From assembly GCA_951406725.2 (NCBI GenBank), contig OX597840.1, positions 15,810,001 through 15,874,000 on the forward strand: a DNA stretch of 64,000 nucleotides, read 5' to 3'. Source of the DNA: Octopus vulgaris (Eukaryota). A model generated the notes under the pieces. The model had not been told where the DNA came from. It ran no database searches and worked only from the letters and a program-made list of their open reading frames with translations. Within the stretch, counting starts at the first letter, position 1. Each line of letters opens with the position of its first letter. Shown here one piece after another: positions 15,129 through 28,300 of the stretch. Position numbers and translations under genes: made by a program.

Positions 15129-17568
15129 TTTTTTTTATTTGATTCTACTTTCAGCTCATGAGCTGTGGCCATGCTGGGGCACCGCCATTTGGTGTTGCTA
15201 CTTGGTTTTACTTCACGAAAGCTTTTTAGCAACTGCCATTTGGTGCATGAGAGAGTTCGATGCGGCTGCCCTCATCTGCACCTCCTGCCGTGAAGTTGGT
15301 TCATCCGGGACACCTGACAGGAAGAGATCCAGTCCTACTTTAAAGACATCCGCATCTACACCATGCTGGTCCCTCAGGTTCTTCGGGAGGATATTGAAGA
15401 GCCGTGGGCCTCTGAAGCCCAGGCTATCACAATATCTTGTCCTACATCTTGATGGCAAATTTCGAGTCCTTGGTACTACGCAGTGGCGTCCGGTTCTGGC
15501 ATTTGTGTGACTCTCGATGCCAAAGTCTGGGACAAGACCTTCCAGGATCTTCCAGATATATATTATGGCATATCTTTCTCGTCTACGCTCCAGGGAATAG
15601 AGCTTTAATCTCTTGAGTCTCTCCCAGTAGCTCATATGCTGCACAGAGGCTATCTTCTTCGTGTAGCTTTGTTGGATCGCCTCAAGTTCTGTGATCAACT
15701 TGACACTGGATGGTGACCATAGCTGAGAGCAATAGTCAAAGTGGCTTAGGACAAGTGTCTTCCAGAGGACCATCATGGTTTCTTGTTCTCTTGTTCTAAA
15801 GGTTCTAAGAATCCATCCAGCCAGCCGTCTACATTTCATTGTCAGTTTAGCAACATGTACATGAAAGGTCGCGTCATCACTCATGTGAATACCCAGGTCA
15901 CGCACTGATTGTGCCTCTGGGATTGCAATCCCTCCGGGTCCAGTGTATTCATTGGATATTGCATTCAGTTTTGCATGCTGATAGTATAAAGCTTGAAACT
16001 TTTCAGCATTGAAATGCATGCTATTCTTTTCAGCCCACTTGTATATTTCGTCCAGCTCACATTGCAGGTGCTTAGTGTCTTCAGGGTTCTGTATTGCCTG
16101 TGAAACTTTTGTATCATCTGCATAACTTGTGATCGTGGCTCTCTGCGTGGCTGAGGGCATGTCTGAGAGGGCCATTATGAACAGTAGTGGTCCCAAAACA
16201 GTGCCCTGCGGAATACCGCTCACTATTTGCGTGCTAATGGAAGTGCTAATTGGCTGCTACCACCTGACTTCTATTCTTCAGAAAGTCATGAAGCCATTCT
16301 CCTAGTTTTCCAACTATGCCAAGATCACGCAGTTTGTGACATATCATTCCATGATCGACTTTATCGAAGGCCTTTGCGAAGTCGAGATATATCACGCAGT
16401 TTGTGACATATCATTCCATGATCGACTTTATCAAAGGCCTTTGCAAAGTCGAGATATATCACTTCCACATTTGAGTGGTTGAGCAGCCGTTTCAGCACCC
16501 AGTCATAGTGTTGTAGGAGCTGAGTTAAACAGCTTCTCCCTGGTCGGAAACCATGTTGGGTGTCGGGCAGCAAGTCATTCTCTTCAAGGAAGGTGATCAG
16601 CTTCCTTCTGACTATTCGTTCCATGACCTTGCTGATGTGTGAGGTCAGAGAGATAGGTCTATAGTTCTTGGCTTCCGCTCTGCTACCTCCTTTATGAATG
16701 GGGCATATTTTACCTTCCTTCAGTTTTCCTGGAAGTTTGCCAGCTGCAAGGAAGCTCTGAAAGAGGAACTGCAGTGGTCTTGCTAGGACTCTCTTACATG
16801 CTTTTAGGAGGATTGCCGGGAATCCATCGGGGCCAGTAGCTGAGTCTGTTTTCATTTCATCTATAGCCTTGGTTACATCGTCTTCCTTTATATCGATGTA
16901 ATCTATCGTCGCCGCCTCTGATTTTATATCTGCAGTGGTAAAAAAGTCAGTTGGATTGGTGATTTGGAGATGCCCAAGGGGTGGAGTGAAAACACTCTTG
17001 AATTGCTCATTCAGTATTTCACTTACCCTCATTGGTTTTCCTGTAAGTGTGCCATCCTTTTCGAGGAGTGGCCCTATTCTACAGTGCACTGTAGCTGTTT
17101 CTTTGGCATACCTGTAGAAAGCTCTGGGGTTAGATTTTATGTTTTCTATAGCCCAGGCTTCTTTGTCTGCTCTTTCCTTCTCATGGGAGAGTTGCAGACA
17201 ATTTTCAATTTCCAACAGTTTTATTTTCATGCGGGACTTTTCACTGCTTTCAATCTGTTTGTTTAGGCGATTTGAAATTTTTGTACGCCGTCTCATTAAA
17301 ATTTTCCTCTCTCTGGGGATTTTGTTCTTGTGTACAGTGGCCTTTCTCTCTGGGACACATTTGTAGCATATGGCTTGCATTACAGACATGAATTGTTGAA
17401 GTATCATGTCGATGTCCGGCGAGGAGAGACATTCAGGCCAGTTTTGTTTGAGGATCTCTTTCTCAATTTGTTTCCAGTTTGCCTTATTGAAGTTCAAGCT
17501 GGAAAGATTCTGAGGGTTTCTTGTAGGCTGCATGTCCGAGCTCTCTTTTGGCCCGTACATGGTCAGCT
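15129..17568 (-). mobile_element. LINE B: 5'-truncated LINE related to LINE A, ORF2 disrupted
   Basis: ORFs 16361..17842 (genuine part from ~17568) and 15213..16223 are colinear with LINE A ORF2: [43 protein letters not shown]-rich 3' end near 15129-15140. Confidence 0.93.
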
Positions 17569-17774
17569 CATATATATATATACATACATACATATATATA
17601 TACATACATACATATATACATACATATATACATACATACATATATACATATATACATACATATATACATACATATATATATACATATATATATACATATA
17701 TATATACATATATATATATATGTATATATATATATGTATATATATATGTATATATATATATATATGTATATATA
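17569..17774. repeat. (TA)n/(TACA)n microsatellite
   Basis: Directly visible. Confidence 0.95.
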
Positions 17775-19235
17775 TTAAGGTATGTAGAAAAATACAACAT
17801 GGACAAGAACGTATAACTCTTAGAAGACGACACAATAAACACGGACAGGACATTCGAAACCCTCAGTCTTCAGTCAAGAACCGGATCATCGTAGTAATTT
17901 CGGCTGATTGATCTTGAGATTACTAGATCACGGCCAGCCCTCCAAGAAAAACAAGCAACGAGCATTAGAAAAACTAAGCTGGAAGCGTAGATTTCCTGGA
18001 AGAAGGATCGAATGCATACGAACACCAGGACAGCAAAAGGGACAGATATAAAAAAAACAAAAAACAATAATGGAATACAGAAACATGAAATACAGAAGCA
18101 TTAACGGTGAAAACAACGGTGTCTTACGACTGATAACAAGCAAACAAATTTTTTCTCTGGCGCAATGGAAAAAGCCTTTATAGTGTAGGACGAAAACAGC
18201 GATGTTAACAGAACGAGGGTCAGAGGCTGAAAGGCAGATTTCGGCCAACAGTCACGTGACAGAGAAGAGGGAAAAGAAAAGAAAGAGAAGCAAAGGAAGA
18301 GAGAGAGAGAGGAGGGACAAACGCAACAAAGAGAGAGAGAGAGAGAAAGAAGGAATCAGAGAGGAGAAGGGATGGGTGTCGAAGAATGACCTGTGAGTGC
18401 AGAGCGAGACAAAGAAATAGGAGGGTAGTGGAAGACTAGACCAAAGAATCAGAGGAAAGAGAAGAGAAAAAGAGGATGAGTAGAGAGAAAAGAGAGAGAG
18501 GGGGACAGATCAAGTAAAAATGAGAGAGAGAGAGAGACAAACAGAGAGTCGTACCAATTATTAAGAATATGTGCTCACATAGATGTTAAGGGGGGTACGG
18601 GGCGCCTGGAATATATGTTAAGGTATGTAGAAAAATACAACATGGACAAGAACGTATAACTCTTAGAAGACGACACAATAAACACGGACAGGACATTCGA
18701 AACCCTCAGTCTTCAGTCAAGAACCGGATCATCGTAGTAATTTCGGCTGATTAATCTTGAGATTACTAGATCACGGCCAGCCCTCCAAGAAAAACAAGCA
18801 ACGAGCATTAGAAAAACTAAGCTGGAAGCGTAGATTTCCTGGAAGAAGGATCGAATGCATACGAACACCAGGACAGCAAAAGGGACAGATATAAAAAAAA
18901 CAAAAAACAATAATGGAATACAGAAACATGAAATACAGAAGCATTAACGGTGAAAACAACGGTGTCTTACGACTGATAACAAGCAAACAAATTTTTTCTC
19001 TGGCGCAATGGAAAAAGCCTTTATAGTGGCGGACGAAAACAGCGATGTTAACAGAACGAGGGTCAAGGCTGAAAGGCAGATTTCGGCCAACAGTCACGTG
19101 ACAGAGAAGAGGGAAAAGAAAAGAAAGAGAAGCAAAGGAAGAGAGAGAGAGAGGAGGGACAAACGCAACAAAGAGAGAGAAGAGAGAGAAAGAAGGAATC
19201 AGAGAGGAGAAGGGATGGGTGTCGAAGAATGACCT
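17775..19235. mobile_element. 843-bp non-coding element, ~1.7 head-to-tail copies
   Basis: TTAAGGTATGTAGAAAAATAC at 17775 and 18618 (period 843). Same family at 50196 and 58671. Confidence 0.85.
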
Positions 19236-19243
19236 ATGTATAT

Positions 19244-19343
19244 NNNNNNNNNNNNNNNNNNNNNNNNNNNNNNNNNNNNNNNNNNNNNNNNNNNNNNNNN
19301 NNNNNNNNNNNNNNNNNNNNNNNNNNNNNNNNNNNNNNNNNNN
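19244..19343. other. Assembly gap (100 N)
   Basis: Run of N. Confidence 1.
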
Positions 19344-22300
19344 GCTAAGAGATCACTAAATTTTTTGTTGTTTTTCAAGTACACATATGCAATATTTTGA
19401 CATTTTATAACCTGAAAACTTTTGCGATTTTAGTGATCTCTTGGAGAAATATAAGCTTTTTATCAATCAGTTAACTTATATTTAGCTAAGAGCTCAGAAA
19501 ATTTTTTGTTGTTTTTCAAGTACACATATCCAATATTTTGACATTTTCTAACCTGAAAACTTTTGAGATTTTAGTGTTCTCTTGGATAAATATAAGCTTT
19601 TCATCAATCAGTTAACTTATATTTAGCTAAGAGCTCACAAAATTTTTTGTTGTTTTTCAAGTACACATATCCAATATTTTGACATTTTCTAACCTGAAAA
19701 CTTTTGAGATTTTAGTGTTCTCTTGGATAAATATAGGCTTTTTATCAATCAGTTAACTTATATTAAGCTAAAAGATCACTAAATTTTTTGTTGTTTTTCA
19801 AGTACACATATGCAATATTTTGACATTTTCTAACCTGAAAACTTTTGAGATTTTAGTGTTCTCTTGGATAAATATAAGCTTTTTATCAATCAATAAACTT
19901 ACATTTAGCTAAGAGATAACCAAATTTTTTGTTGTTTTTCAAGTACACATATGCAATATTTTGACATTTTCTAACCTGAAAACTTTTGAGATTTTAGTGT
20001 TCTCTTGGATAAATATAAGCTTTTTATCAATCAGTAAACTTATATTTAGCTAAGAGCTCACAAAATTTTTTGTTGTTTTTCAAGTACACATATGCAATAT
20101 TTTGACATTTTCTAACCTGAAAACTTTTGAGATTTTAGTGTTCTCTTGGATAAATATAAGCTTTTTATCAATCAGTTAACTTATATTTAGCTAAGAGCTC
20201 AGAAAATTTTTTGTTGTTTTTCAAGTACACATATCCAATATTTTGACATTTTCTAACCTGAAAACTTTTGAGATTTTAGTGTTCTCTTGGATAAATATAA
20301 GCTTTTCATCAATCAGTTAACTTATATTTAGCTAAGAGATGACTAAATTTTTTATTGTTTTTCAAGTACACATATGCAATATTTTGACATTTTCTAACCT
20401 GAAAACTTTTGAGATTTTAGTGATTCTCTTGGATAAATATAAGCTTTTTATCAATCAGTTAACTTATATTTAGCTAAGAGATCAATTTTTTGTTGTTTTT
20501 CAAGTACACATATGCAATATTTTGACATTTTATAACCTGAAAACTTTTGCGATTTTAGTGATTCTCTTGGATAAATATAAGCTTTTTATCAATCAGTTAA
20601 CTTATATTTAGCTAAGAGATCACTAAATTTTTTGTTGTTTTTCAAGTACACATATGCAATATTTTGACATTTTATAACCTGAAAACTTTTGAGATTTTAG
20701 TGATTCTCTTGGATAAAATATAAGCTTTTTATCAATCAGTTAACTTATATTTAGCTAAGAGCTCACAAAATTTTTTGTTGTTTTTCAAGTACACATATGC
20801 AATATTTTGACATTTTCTAACCTGAAAACTTTTGAGATTTTAGTGTTCTCTTGGATAAATATAAGCTTTTTATCAATCAGTTAACTTATATTTAGCTAAG
20901 AGCTCACAAAATTTTTGTTGTTTTTCAAGTACACATATGCAATATTTTGACATTTTCTAACCTGAAAACTTTTGAGATTTTAGTGATTCTCTTGGATAAA
21001 TATAAGCTTTTTATCAATCAGTTAACTTATATTTAGCTAAGAGATCACTAAATTTTTTGTTGTTTTTCAAGTACACATATGCAATATTTTGACATTTTAT
21101 AACCTGAAAACTTTTGCGATTTTAGTGATCTCTTGGATAAATATAAGCTTTTTATCAATCAGTTAACTTATATTTAGCTAAGAGATCACTAAATTTTTTG
21201 TTGTTTTTCAAGTACACATATGCAATATTTTGACATTTTATAACCTGAAAACTTTTGAGATTTTAGTGATCTCTTGGATAAATATAAGCTTTTTATCAAT
21301 CAGTTAACTTATATTTAGCTAAGAGATCACTAAATTTTTTGTTGTTTTTCAAGTACACATATGCAATATTTTGACATTTTATAACCTGAAAACTTTTGAA
21401 TTTTAGTGATTCTCTTGGATAAATATAAGCTTTTTATCAATCAGTTAACTTATATTTAGCTAAGAGATCACTAAATTTTTTGTTGTTTTTCAAGTACACA
21501 TATGAAATATTTTGACATTTTCTAACCTGAAAACTTTTGAGATTTTAGTGTTCTCTTGGATAAATATAAGCTTTTTATCAATCAGTAAACTTATATTTAG
21601 CTAAGAGATGACTAAATTTTTTGTTGTTTTTCAAGTACACATATGCAATATTTTGACATTTTCTGACCTGAAAACTTTTGAGTTCTTACCGTTCTCTTGG
21701 ATAAATATAAGCTTTTTATCAATCAGTTAACTTATATTTAGCTAAGAGATCACTAAATTTTTTGTTGTTTTTCAAGTACACATATGCAATATTTTGACAT
21801 TTTATAACCTGAAAACTTTTGCGATTTTAGTGATCTCTTGGATAAATATAAGCTTTTTATCAATCAGTTAACTTATATTTAGCTAAGAGATCACTAAATT
21901 TTTTGCTGTTTTTCAAGTACACATATGCAATATTTTGACATTTTATAACCTGAAAACTTTTGCGATTTTAGTGATCTCTTCGATAAATATAAGCTTTTTA
22001 TCAATCAGTTAACTTATATTTAGCTAAGAGATCACTAAATTTTTTGTTGTTTTTCAAGTACACATATGCAATATTTTGACATTTTATAACCTGAAAACTT
22101 TTGGATTTTAGTGATCTCTTGGATAAATATAAGCTTTTTATCAATCAGTTAACTTATATTTAGCTAAAGCTCACAAAATTTTTTGTTGTTTTTCAAGTAC
22201 ACATATGCAATATTTTGACATTTTCTAACCTGAAAACTTTTGAGATTTTAGTGTTCTCTTGGATAAATATAAGCTTTTTATCAATCAATAAACTTACATT

Positions 22301-25300
22301 TAGCTAAGAGATCACCAAATTTTTTGTTGTTTTTCAAGTACACATATGCAATATTTTGACATTTTCTAACCTGAAAACTTTTGAGATTTTAGTGATCTCT
22401 TGGATAAATATAAGCTTTTTATCAATCAGTTAACTTATATTTAGCTAAGAGATCACTAAATTTTTGCTGTTTTTCAAGTATACATATGCAATATTTTGAC
22501 ATTTTATAACCTGAAAACTTTTGAGATTTTAGTGTTCTCTTGGATAAATATAAGCTTTTTATCAATCAGTTAACATATATTTAGCTAAGAGATCACTCAA
22601 TTTTTTGTTGTTTTTTCAAGTACACATATGCAGTATTTTGACATTTTCTAACCTGAAAACTTTTGAGATTTTAGTGTTCTCTTGGATAAATATAGGCTTT
22701 TTATCAATCAGTTAACTTATATTTAGCTAAGAGATCACTAAATATTTTGTTGTTTTTCAAGTACACATATGCAATATTTTGACATTTTATAACCTGAAAA
22801 CTTTTGCGATTTTAGTGATCTCTTGGATAAATATAAGTTTTTTATCAATCAGTTAACTTATATTTAGCTAAGAGATCACTAAATTTTTTGTTGTTTTTCA
22901 GGTACACATATGCAATATTTTGACATTTTATAACCTGAAAACTTTTGCGATTTTAGTGATTCTCTTGGATAAATATAAGCTTTTTCATCAATCAGTTAAC
23001 TTATATTTAGCTAAGAGATCACTAAATTTTTTATTGTTTTTCAAGTACACATATGCAATATTTTGACATTTTCTAACCTGAAAACTTTTGAGATTTTAGT
23101 GTTCTCTGCGAAAAATATAAGCTTTTTATCAATCAGTTAACTTATATTTAGCTAAGAGGTCACTAAATTTTTTGTTGTTTTTCAAGTACACATATGCAAT
23201 ATTTTGACATTTTATAACCTGAAAACTTTTGCGATTTTAGTGATCTCTTGGATAAATATAAGCTTTTTATCAATCAGTTAACTTATATTTAGCTAAGAGA
23301 TCACTAAATTTTTTGTTGTTTTTCAAGTACACATATGCAATATTTTGACATTTTATAACCTGAAAACTTTGAGATTTTAGTGATTCTCTTGGATAAATAT
23401 AAGCTTTTTATCAATCAGTTAACTTATATTTAGCTAAGAGATCACTAAATTTTTTGTTGTTTTTCAAGTACACATATGCAATATTTTGACATTTTATAAC
23501 CTGAAAACTTTTGCGATTTTAGTGATCTCTTCGATAAATATAAGCTTTTTATCAATCAGTTAACTTATATTAAGCTAAGAGATCACTAAATTTTTTGTTG
23601 TTTTTCAAGTACACATATGCAATATTTTGACATTTTCTAACCTGAAAACTTTTGAGATTTTAGTGTTCTCTTGGATAAATATAAGCTTTTTATCAATCAA
23701 TAAACATATATTTAGCTAAGAGATCACTAAATTTTTTGTTGTTTTTCAAGTACACATATGCAATATTTTGACATTTTATAACCTGAAAACTTTTGGATTT
23801 TAGTGATTCTCTTGGATAAATATAAGCTTTTTATCAATCAGTTAACTTATATTTAGCTAAGAGATCACTAAATTTTTTGTTGTTTTTCAAGTACACATAT
23901 GCAATATTTTGACATTTTATAACCTGAAAACTTTTGCGATTTTAGTGATCTCTTGGATAAATATAAGCTTTTTATCAATCAGTTAACATATATTTAGCTA
24001 CGAGATCACTCAATTTTTTGTTGTTTTTCAAGTACACATATATTTAGATCACTCAAATTTTTTGTTGTTTTTCAAGTAAACATATGCAATATTTTGACAT
24101 TTTCTAAACTGAAAACTTTTGCGATTTTAGTGATCTCTTGGATAAATATAAGCTTTTTATCAATCAGTTAACTTATATTTAGCTAAGAGATCACTAAATT
24201 TTTTGTTGTTTTTCAAGTACACATATGCAATATTTTGACATTTTATAACCTGAAAACTTTTGAGATTTTAGTGATTCTCTTGGATAAATATAAGCTTTTT
24301 ATCAATCAGTTAACTTATATTTATCTAAGAGATCACTAAATTTTTTGTTTTTTCAAGTACACATATGCAATATTTTGACATTTTATAACCTGAAAACTTT
24401 TGAATTTTAGTGATTCTCTTGATAAATATAAGCTTTTTATCAATCAGTTAACTTATATTTAGCTAAGAGATCACTAAATTTTTTGTTGTTTTTCAAGTAC
24501 ACATATGCAATATTTTGACATTTTATAACCTGAAAACTTTTGAGATTTTAGTGATCTCTTGGATAAATATAAGCTTTTTATCAATCAGTTAACTTATATT
24601 TAGCTAAGAGATCACTAAATTTTTTGTTGTTTTTCAAGTACACATATGCAATATTTTGACATTTTATAACCTGAAAACTTTTGAGATTTTAGTGATTCTC
24701 TTGGATAAATATAAGCTTTTTATCAATCAGTTAACTTATATTTAGCTAAGAGATCACTAAATTTTTTGTTGTTTTTCAAGTACACATATGCAATATTTTG
24801 ACATTTTATAACCTGAAAACTTTTGAGATTTTAGTGATCTCTTGGATAAATATAAGCTTTTTATCAATCAGTTAACTTATATTTAGCTAAGAGATCACTA
24901 AATTTTTTGTTGTTTTTCAAGTACACATATGCAATATTTTGACATTTTATAACCTGAAAACTTTTGAGATTTTAGTGATCTCTTGGATAAATATAAGCTT
25001 TTTATCAATCAGTTAACTTATATTTAGCTAAGAGATCACTAAATTTTTTGTTGTTTTTCAAGTACACATATGCAATATTTTGACATTTTATAACCTGAAA
25101 ACTTTTGAGATTTTAGTGATCTCTTGGATAAATATAAGCTTTTTATCAATCAGTTAACATATTTAGCTAAGAGATCACTAAATTTTTTGTTGTTTTTCAA
25201 GTACACATATGCAATATTTTGACATTTTCTAACCTGAAAACTTTTGTGATTTTAGTGATCTCTTGGATAAATATAAGCTTTTTATCAATCAGTTAACTTA

Positions 25301-28300
25301 TATTTAGCTAAGAGATCACTAAATTTTTTGTTGTTTTTCAAGTACACATATGCAATATTTTGACATTTTATAACCTGAAAACTTTTGAGATTTTAGTGAT
25401 CTCTTTGATAAATATAAGCTTTTTATCAATCAGTTAACATATATTTAGCTACGAGATCACTCAATTTTTTGTTGTTTTTCAAGTACACGAATGCAATATG
25501 TTTGCATTTTCTAACCTGAAAACTTTTGAGATTTTAGTGATTCTCTTGGATAAATATAAGCTTTTTATCAATCAGTTAACTTATATTTAGCTAAGAGATC
25601 ACTAAATTTTTTGTTGTTTTTCAAGTACACATATGCAATATTTTGACATTTTATAACCTGAAAACTTTTGAGATTTTAGTGATCTCTTGGATAAATATAA
25701 GCTTTTTATCAATCAGTTAACTTATATTTAGCTAAGAGATCACTAAATTTTTTGTTGTTTTTCAAGTACACATATGCAATATTTTGACATTTTATAAACT
25801 GAAAACTTTTGGGATTTTAGTGTTCTCTTGGAGAAATATAAGCTTTTTATCAATCAATAAACTTATATTTAGCTAATAGATCACTAAATTTTTTGTTGTT
25901 TTTCAAGTACACATATGCAATATTTTGACATTTTCTAACCTGAAAACTTTTGAGATTTTAGTGTTCTCTTGGATAAATATAAGCTTTTTATCAATCAGTT
26001 AACTTATATTAAGCTAAGAGATCACCAAATTTTTTGTTGTTTTTCAAGTACACATATGCAGTATTTTGACATTTTATAACCTGAAAACTTTTGAGATTTT
26101 AGTGATTCTCTTGGATAAATATAAGCTTTTTATCAATCAGTTAACTTATATTTAGCTAAGAGATCACTAAATTTTTTGTTGTTTTTCAAGTACACATATG
26201 CAATATTTTGACATTTTATAACCTGAAAACTTTTAGATTTTAGTGATTCTCTTGAAATAATATATAGCTTATTTACAATCGTTAATTAATTTTGATAAAT
26301 TTTTTGTTTTTGAAGTACGCATATGCAATATTTTGCCATTTTCTTACCTGAAAAATTTTGGGATTTTAGTGTTCTCTTGGATAAGCTTTTTATCAATCAG
26401 TTAACTTATATTTATCTAATAGATCACTAAATTTTTTTGTTGTTTTTCAAGTACACATATGCAATATTTTGACATTTTCTGACCTGAAAACTTTTGAGAT
26501 TTTACTGTTTTCTTTGATAAATATAAGCTTTTTATCAATCAGTTAACTTATATTTAGCTAAGAGATCACTAAATTTTTTGTTGTTTTTCAAGTACACATA
26601 TGCAATATTTTGACATTTTATAACCTGAAAACTTTTGCGATTTTAGTGATTCTCTTGGATAAATATAAGCTTTTTATCAATCAGTTAACTTATATTTAGC
26701 TAAGAGATCACTAAATTTTTTGTTGTTTTTCAAGTACACATATATTTAGATCACCAAATTTTTTGTTGTTTTTCAAGTACACATATGCAATATTTTGACA
26801 TTTTCTAACCTGAAAACTTTTGAGATTTTAGTGTTCTCTTGGATAAATATAAGCTTTTTATCAATCAGTTAACTTATATTTAGCTAAGAGATCACTAAAT
26901 TTTTTGTTGTTTTTCAAGTACACATAAGCTGTATTTTGACATTTTATAACCTGAAAACTTTTGAGATTTTAGTGATTTCTCTTGATAAATATAAGCTTTT
27001 TATCAATCAGTTAACTTATATTTAGCTAAGAGATCACTAAATTTTTTGTTGTTTTTCAAGTACACATATGCAATATTTTGACATTTTATAACCTGAAAAC
27101 TTCTGAGATTTTAGTGTTCTCTTGGATAAATATAAGCTTTTTATCAATCAGTTAACATATATTTAGCTAAGAGATCACTAAATTTTTTGTTGTTTTTCAA
27201 GTACACATATGCAATATTTTGACATTTTCTAACCTGAAAACTTTTGAGATTTTAGTGTTCTCTTGGATAAATATAAGCTTTTTATCAATCAATAAACTTA
27301 TATTTAGCTAAGAGATCACTAAATTTTTTGTTGTTTTTCAAGTACACATATGCTGTATTTTGACATTTTCTAACCTGAAAACTTTTGAGATTTTAGTGTT
27401 CTCTTGGATAAATATAAGCTTTTTATCAATCAGTTAACTTATATTTAGCTAAGAGATCACTAAATTTTTTGTTGTTTTTCAAGTACACATATGCAATATT
27501 TTGACATTTTATAACCTGAAAACTTTTGAGATTTTAGTGATTCTCTTGGATAAATATAAGCTTTTTATCAATCAGTTAACTTATATTTAGCTAAGAGATC
27601 ACTAAATTTTTTGTTGTTTTTCAAGTACACATATGCAATATTTTGACATTTTATAACCTGAAAACTTTTGAGATTTTAGTGATTCTCTTGGATAAATATA
27701 AGCTTTTTATCAATCAGTTAACTTATATTTAGCTAAGAGATCACTAAATTTTTTGTTGTTTTTCAAGTACACATATGCAATATTTTGACATTTTATAACC
27801 TGAAAACTTTTGCGATTTTAGTGATCTCTTGGATAAATATAAGCTTTTTATCAATCAGTTAACTTATATTTAGCTAAGAGATCACTAAATTTTTTGTTGT
27901 TTTTCAAGTACACATATGCTGTATTTTGACATTTTCTAACCTGAAAACTTTTGAGATTTTAGTGTTCTCTTGGATAAATATAAGCTTTTTATCAATCAGT
28001 TAACTTATATTTGGCTGAGATCACTAAATTTTTTGTTGTTTTTCAAGTACACATATGCAATATTTTGACATTTTATAACCTGAAAACTTTTGAGATTTTA
28101 GTGATCTCTTGGATAAATATAAGCTTTTTATCAATCAGTTAACTTATATTTAGCTAAGAGATCACTAAATTTTTTGTTGTTTTTCAAGTACACATATGCA
28201 ATATTTTGACATTTTATAACCTGAAAACTTTTGATTTTAGTGATTCTCTTTGATAAATATAAGCTTTTTATCAATCAGTTAACTTATATTTAGCTAAGAG

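Noticed and set aside
17850-17930. Functional hammerhead in the 843-bp element
   Set aside because: Cores are CUCAAGA (G5 lost) and GAAU (instead of GAAA), with no proper stem I. Recorded only as degenerate similarity.
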